The notes under the pieces: model-generated
Seen by the model: the letters and a program-made list of their open reading frames with translations, nothing else
Told to the model about the DNA's origin: nothing
Databases searched by the model: none
Shown here: positions 58,933-64,000 of the stretch, in pieces
Numbering within the stretch: the first letter of the stretch is position 1
How the letters are laid out: each line of letters opens with the position of its first letter
Program-made: the position numbers and the translations under genes
Origin: Candidatus Dormiibacterota bacterium
GTDB lineage: Bacteria; Chloroflexota; Dormibacteria; Aeolococcales; Bog-877
DNA: 64,000 bases
Assembly (NCBI GenBank): GCA_049799515.1
Contig: JBARIA010000143.1
Coordinates: forward strand, 7,708 to 71,707
Direction of reading: 5' to 3'

Positions 58933-59565
58933 CTACTTGCAGACCCATTCCCCGGACTCGCCGATGGAGAACATCTTGGCTGCGATATCAGACTGCTGGA
59001 CCGGGTCCCAAATGTCGGTGCCACCATGGGCATGGAAGGTCGCCGGCATGAACTGGAACAGTCCGCTGGCGCCCGACGACTTGTTGACGTCGGTGGGATT
59101 CAGTCCCGACTCACACTTGGCCACCCCGAGCAGCCAGGTGTAGGAGACGTCGTACTGCTGAGCTGCCGACCAGATGATCTGCATGATCGTGCCGATCGGC
59201 GGCTCCGGAACCGCCTGCCAGAAGGCTGAGCCGAAGGGCAGGCCTGCCGGGGCCACCGGTGGTGGCGGGGGGAGCACCTGGGCCTCCTGGAGCGGCAGGG
59301 TCACCTGGTAGTCGGTCACCGAGAGCACGCTGCGCGCCTGGCTGGCGACCTGGGCGATGGCAGCGGGGGCGGTTGAGGGTGGCCCAGAGGCGCCTCCGGT
59401 GGCCAGGGCACCCAGTACCGGGGTGCTGACCAAGAGGACGGTTGCGGCGATGATCCACCGCAGCCGGCTGGCCAGCAGGGGAATCCGACGGACCTTCGCC
59501 TTCTCTTGGTGGCGGAGGCTGAGGGCAACTCTGGGGGTGTAGGAGGGCCAGGTTAGCTGCGCCAA
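58933..59565 (-). CDS. Lytic transglycosylase (SLT domain) with N-terminal anchor
   Basis: Catalytic ...LGVAKCESGLNP... and ...SGASGLFQFMPATF. Confidence 0.7.
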   Translation of the reverse strand: MAQLTWPSYTPRVALSLRHQEKAKVRRIPLLASRLRWIIAATVLLVSTPVLGALATGGASGPPSTAPAAIAQVASQARSVLSVTDYQVTLPLQEAQVLPPPPPVAPAGLPFGSAFWQAVPEPPIGTIMQIIWSAAQQYDVSYTWLLGVAKCESGLNPTDVNKSSGASGLFQFMPATFHAHGGTDIWDPVQQSDIAAKMFSIGESGEWVCK

Positions 59566-59566
59566 G

Positions 59567-60577
59567 TCAGGAGCCTGCGGTGGGCGGGTAGATGAATCCG
59601 TCGAAACCCGAACCCGCGTCGGGGACCACCCGGTAGTCGACCTTGTCGAAACCTCCGCCGGAGCCGTAGTAGTTCATCTCGGAGACTTCGAAGTTGTTGG
59701 GATAGCCGGCTCCTGGCACTGAGACAGCGGTGACGTAGGCCACGTGGCCCGCGTCAGAGGCCCCGCCGGAGTCTGGCGGCCACACCACGATCGCCCCCAC
59801 CACCGGGGTGCTGCCCTCCGCATGGCCGGCGGCGGCGGCATTGGCCCACCACTGGTAGGCGTCGCCACCCCAGTTGACATCCCAGCCGTTGGCCCGCCAC
59901 TGGCCAGCTGCCCAGTAGGTGCAGGTGCCGAAGGCAAAGGCCCAGTCACCGGTGGTCACGCTGGCGCTGGGGTGAGTCAGCTCGGATAGCAGCTCGTTGG
60001 ACTGAACCCCCAGCTGACCTTCAATCGCCACGGCACTGTCCTCGTCGGCCAGCAACTGCTGATCTGCCTTGGTGATCGACTGCTGGTCATGCTGGATTGA
60101 GTTCACCAGCTGAGCCACCTGGGAGGCGATGGCGTCAGGCAGAGTGGAGTTGTCGAAGAACTGGGTCATGTCGGATGAGGCCAGGGCGGTGGCTACCTCA
60201 GCGGCACCGTTGCCGTCCACATAGGCGGTGCTGACCAGGCTGATCAGCGCCTTGCGATCTCCGGCCAGCTGAACTTCCAGCACCTGCTGGGTCGTTTGAT
60301 CGTTGCTTAGCTGCTGGTTCAGCGAGTTGAGCTGGTCCTGGTTCGTCTCGATCTTCGTCAGCAGGATCCTCACCGAACTTGCGTCAGCAACCTCCCCCTG
60401 CGCCTCCAGCTGATCTAGCAGCGAGGTCAGAGCTTGCTGATTAACAGGGTCAGTCGACTGCTGAGCTGTGGCCCCTAGGCCCGGTACGAAGATCGAGGAG
60501 ACCCATACCAATCCGGCCGCGCTGGCAGCAAGCCATGCGCGCCCGGCAAAGCGGGCTCCGCGCATACGTCCTCCCAC
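59567..60577 (-). CDS. Secreted coiled-coil protein with C-terminal CHAP domain (paralog of 41466-42614)
   Basis: Signal/anchor, about 180 aa Q-rich coiled coil, and CHAP Cys (GTCTYWAAGQW) and His (GHVAYV). The start is 1 nt after the SLT gene stop. Confidence 0.7.
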   Translation of the reverse strand: MGGRMRGARFAGRAWLAASAAGLVWVSSIFVPGLGATAQQSTDPVNQQALTSLLDQLEAQGEVADASSVRILLTKIETNQDQLNSLNQQLSNDQTTQQVLEVQLAGDRKALISLVSTAYVDGNGAAEVATALASSDMTQFFDNSTLPDAIASQVAQLVNSIQHDQQSITKADQQLLADEDSAVAIEGQLGVQSNELLSELTHPSASVTTGDWAFAFGTCTYWAAGQWRANGWDVNWGGDAYQWWANAAAAGHAEGSTPVVGAIVVWPPDSGGASDAGHVAYVTAVSVPGAGYPNNFEVSEMNYYGSGGGFDKVDYRVVPDAGSGFDGFIYPPTAGS

Positions 60578-60713
60578 ATATAGCGCGTACGGTGCGAGGC
60601 TGGAAGGTAACCCATGGGCCTCGCCACGGTCAACCTCGACTACCAGCCCTGGTCCATTCTCTCGAACTCACAGGCACCGGGCGGGGAATTTGCGGGGCAG
60701 GGTGAGGAGCTCC

Positions 60714-61817
60714 CTAGCCTGCCGGGGAACCACCCGCCGACGGTCCCCACTGATGGACCAGCTCCACCAGGCGACGAAGCTGTTCCGGGTCGGATTCCGG
60801 GAGCACTCCGTGCCCCAGGTTGAAGATGTGCCCGGGGCGGTGGTCCACTTCCGCCAGCACCTCCCGGGCACCCGCCTCCAGAATCGGCCAAGGGGCCAAG
60901 ACCAGCGCCGGGTCCAGGTTGCCCTGGATGAATCGCCCCGGGCCAAGCGTCGCCCAGACCCTGCCGAGGGGCAGGCGCCAGTCGACCGAGACCCCGTCTG
61001 GCCCGGTGGCGACCACTGCCTCCAGCAGGTGGCCCGAGCTGGTGGAGAAGTAGACGACCGGTAACATCGGTCGCAGCCGTCCGATGAGGGCCTGTAGGTG
61101 GGGGGCAACGTGACGGACGAAGGTGGCGCGATCGAGGACCCCAACCCAGCTATCGAACAGCTGCACCACATCGGCGCCCGCCTGAGCCTGGGCCAACAGA
61201 TAGCGAGCCAGGACCTCGGTGAGGGTGGCCATCAGTCGGTGCCAGAGCTCGGGATCAGAGTGGATCAGGGCCCGAACATGCGGGTAGTCCCGGGAGCCCT
61301 GCCCCTCCACCAAATAGCAGGCGAGGGTGAAGGGTGCCGCCCCGAATCCGACCAGAGCGGCCCGTCGCCCCAGCCGCTCGCGGGCGCCCCGGATGGCCGG
61401 AAAGAGGTACGGGGTCGCCTCATCTGCCTCCACCACCCGCAGCTGGCTCACCTGACGCTCGGTCCTGATCGGATGGGCGATCACCGGCCCCACCGCCTCT
61501 CGAATCTCAAAGTCGACCGCCATTCCCTGGAGGGGAAGCATGATGTCGGCGAAGACCACCGCAGCGTCTACCCCTAGTATTTCGACCGGCATGCAGGTGA
61601 TCTCAGAGCTGAGATCGGGGTTGGTCGCCAGCTCCAGGAAGCCGAAGCGCTCGCGAAGTGCTCGATACTGGGGCAGGCATCGGCCTGCCTGGCGCATGAA
61701 CCAGACCGGAGTAGCGTCGACCGGCTGGCGGCGGGTCGCCGCCAAAAAGCGTTCGGCGCCCTCCGTCACTGCGAGCGGGCCGGGCGTGCAGCGACCATGA
61801 CCCGGTGAGCATGCCAA
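60714..61817 (-). CDS. hemE: Uroporphyrinogen decarboxylase
   Basis: PVWFMRQAGRCLPQYR signature. The track start may be extended. Confidence 0.85.
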   Translation of the reverse strand: MACSPGHGRCTPGPLAVTEGAERFLAATRRQPVDATPVWFMRQAGRCLPQYRALRERFGFLELATNPDLSSEITCMPVEILGVDAAVVFADIMLPLQGMAVDFEIREAVGPVIAHPIRTERQVSQLRVVEADEATPYLFPAIRGARERLGRRAALVGFGAAPFTLACYLVEGQGSRDYPHVRALIHSDPELWHRLMATLTEVLARYLLAQAQAGADVVQLFDSWVGVLDRATFVRHVAPHLQALIGRLRPMLPVVYFSTSSGHLLEAVVATGPDGVSVDWRLPLGRVWATLGPGRFIQGNLDPALVLAPWPILEAGAREVLAEVDHRPGHIFNLGHGVLPESDPEQLRRLVELVHQWGPSAGGSPAG

Positions 61818-62695
61818 AGTCCAGTCCCGCGACGGGCTGGCGGGGTTACCTGCTTCTCCTTCATCCCGGGCCGTCCGCGGTCTGCACCACGGTGACCGCC
61901 CTCGCGGGGTGGAGCGCTTGGCGCCAGGCTGACCCTCTTCAGCGTCCAGTTGGGCACTGGCCCGCCAGGCTGGCCTGGGGAAGCGCCGCGATGGCCTTCG
62001 CCCAGGTCAGCACCGGGGTGCTCAACGACGCCTTTGACGCCCCCTGGGACCGGCTCTACCAGCAATACAAGCCGATCGCCAGCCGGGCCGTGCCCCGGAG
62101 TCACGCCTGGTTGATCGGGTTGGGCTGCGGAAGCGCCGCCTTGCTCTCCGCCCGAGCCGCCGGGGTCCGTCCTTTCCGGCTGATGCTGTTGGGGCTGGCG
62201 AGCGGGTGGAGCTACAGCCTGGGGCTCAGCCGAACTCCTCTGTCATTCCTGCCCTTCGCGACCGGACTGGCGACCGTGCCTCTCCTGGGGCCCGCCGCAG
62301 TGGGGGTCCGACTTCCCTCCCAGGGCCAGGTCGCAGTCCTCGCCGCCGGACTCGGCCTGGGCCTTCACCTCGCCAACGGCGGACCGGACATCGAGCAGGA
62401 TCGGTCCGCAGGCCGACGGAGTCTGCCGGTCCTCCTGGGGGAGGAGGGATCCCGACGAGCGAGCCACCTGCTCCTGGGAGCCGGCGCCCTGGCCGTCTCT
62501 CTGGGAAGTCCTGGCCGGGGCCGGCGCTGGGCTCTCGGTGGTGCCGGAGCCTGCGCAGCACTTGTCTTGGCGGACACGCTGGGGCCGCGGGCTGACCGAG
62601 CCCGGGGCGGCCACCCCTTCGTCATCCCTGCCTTGGCCGGGGGCGCCCTGGCCGTCGGCTGGCTGCTGGGCCGGGCCAGAGGAGCCGCATCGTGA
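61805..62695 (+). CDS. UbiA-family prenyltransferase
   Basis: Polytopic, with an NDxxDxxxD-type motif (VLNDAFDAPWD). Start is uncertain. Confidence 0.55.
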   Translation: MSMPKSSPATGWRGYLLLLHPGPSAVCTTVTALAGWSAWRQADPLQRPVGHWPARLAWGSAAMAFAQVSTGVLNDAFDAPWDRLYQQYKPIASRAVPRSHAWLIGLGCGSAALLSARAAGVRPFRLMLLGLASGWSYSLGLSRTPLSFLPFATGLATVPLLGPAAVGVRLPSQGQVAVLAAGLGLGLHLANGGPDIEQDRSAGRRSLPVLLGEEGSRRASHLLLGAGALAVSLGSPGRGRRWALGGAGACAALVLADTLGPRADRARGGHPFVIPALAGGALAVGWLLGRARGAAS

Positions 62696-62722
62696 AGGCC
62701 TGGCGGCCGGGTCCAATCGTCC

Positions 62723-63277
62723 ATGGCTGAGGCTGACCGTGGGTCGGGCGTGCGACCGGGCGAGGTCCGGATCCGAACCTCGATCGCCCACCGCCGGCGG
62801 GCCGCCATCGCCGCCGGATCTGCAGTTGGAGCGGTGCTGGTGCCGGTCGGGCTGGTGGTGGGAGTCCTCACCCACGCGTGGAGCGTGCTCCTCCTCTGCG
62901 TATTCGCCTCCGTGCTGGCGTCGGCGGCATCCTTTTTCGGCCAGGGGACGAACGAGGTGTTCGTCGGGCCGGAGGGGGTGCGCCGGGTCTACGGAGATTG
63001 CGATCTGGTGTTCACCTGGCCTTCGCTGCAGGCGCTTGAGGTCAAGGTTCCCGGAAATCGAATCGTGGTTTTCGCCCTAAGTTCCACCGGGGCATTGGTG
63101 GAGCCGACGCGAAGAGGTCGGTCACGCGCCGTCTCTGCGCTGGAGCGCCACCCTCCTGAAACTTTCGAATTTCGGCTTGATCGCGGGGCTACGGACGCGT
63201 TGGTGGCGGCGATTGCGGCCCGCCGCCCGGACATAGACGGCCTGGCCAACTGGGCCCGCGCGAGCCGACCCAGCTAG
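62723..63277 (+). CDS. Hypothetical membrane protein
   Basis: Two N-terminal TM helices then a soluble domain. No family recognised. Confidence 0.35.
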   Translation: MAEADRGSGVRPGEVRIRTSIAHRRRAAIAAGSAVGAVLVPVGLVVGVLTHAWSVLLLCVFASVLASAASFFGQGTNEVFVGPEGVRRVYGDCDLVFTWPSLQALEVKVPGNRIVVFALSSTGALVEPTRRGRSRAVSALERHPPETFEFRLDRGATDALVAAIAARRPDIDGLANWARASRPS

Positions 63278-63547
63278 CGATCGGTACCGCGGCCGGCCAG
63301 CAGCGCCGGCGTCTGGCTCGACTGCGTCCGGCGGCATCACCAAGCAGACGCAGTTGCGCACAACGGTGGCTGCTGATTGCACTGGTCCCGTGATGCTGAG
63401 CCCGGCGTCAGGCCATCATCGCAGGGAGAAACTCGCACGCCGCCGTCTTGTGCAGATGGCCGACCGCCTCATCCCTGACGCCAACAGTCGGAATCCCCGG
63501 GCAACCAGGAGGTATTTTGAGGCTCGAAGAGGTTAGAGGTCCGGGAC

Positions 63548-64000
63548 TCAGTGCTGGCGGGCGGGCGCGAGAGCGACCGAGCGGGCCAGGGCCTGGCTGG
63601 TGCCGCTCGGCGTCGGCTCGGCTGCTGAACAATTCGAAGCAACCGGGGTTAACGCGCTCATCCACTGAAAATATGCGTCCAAGACGTGAATACGCGGGTG
63701 CTTTCCTGCGGGGATGAGTAGCGTCGCCTGCCCCACGCTGTTGAGCACAATCTTGGCATAGTCAGTGCCCGTTGGGACCAGTGCTCGATACGCAGCGCTA
63801 TCACCGGCGGTTGCGGCGATGCCACATCCTCCCGCTGCGGGAGTGGCGGTATCTACCTCGTCAACGCCGGCAAACTCCAACGTTCCGCCCCTGACCGAGA
63901 TGCTCGTAACTGGGCTCGGATCGGTCCTGTATGCGAAGGCTTCAACCACGCTGTCGCCCGCGGCCTTGGCGATCGCCCGTTCTTGCCCGCGGTACGCGGT
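63548..64000 (-). CDS. Hypothetical protein, partial (5' end beyond window)
   Basis: Open minus-strand frame running to the window edge, Ala/Gly/Thr-rich. Weak. Confidence 0.3.
   Translation of the reverse strand, partial: TAYRGQERAIAKAAGDSVVEAFAYRTDPSPVTSISVRGGTLEFAGVDEVDTATPAAGGCGIAATAGDSAAYRALVPTGTDYAKIVLNSVGQATLLIPAGKHPRIHVLDAYFQWMSALTPVASNCSAAEPTPSGTSQALARSVALAPARQH

Overview
High-GC (about 70%) chromosomal segment, actinobacterium-like, read entirely from the six-frame translations; no searches were run. The backbone is mostly housekeeping and central metabolism: gyrA 3' end, a DedA-family membrane protein, a twin TrkA-N pair, proS, dinB, moaC, bcp, icd, pckA, glpX, ispH, dtd, folB and hemE. 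A complete red-type Calvin-cycle operon is present (cbbR divergent from prk-cbbL-cbbS-cbbX-HAD phosphatase). There is one tRNA-Glu(CUC). Three regions stand out. First, a 4.5 kb segment (16659-21206) where two diverged, 3'-truncated, frameshifted IS630-family transposase remnants in direct orientation bracket a cassette encoding an RHH-tail protein, a DUF4097 beta-repeat protein and an ABC-2 exporter. Second, a long minus-strand gene array (49070-60577) in which a VirB4/TrbE-like ATPase, a VirB3/PrgI-like membrane protein, a small two-TM protein, a VirB6/TrbL-like polytopic protein and SLT + CHAP peptidoglycan hydrolases are interleaved with housekeeping genes (dtd, folB). There is no relaxase, coupling protein or integrase in the window, so this is a candidate cryptic minimal type-IV-secretion-like module. 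Third, three paralogous secreted coiled-coil + peptidoglycan-hydrolase proteins (PcsB/RipC-like architecture). One of them sits in an operon with a standalone DHH-DHHA1 phosphoesterase behind a long 5' UTR. No CRISPR array or rRNA was seen. Several long antisense ORFs are GC-driven artefacts.
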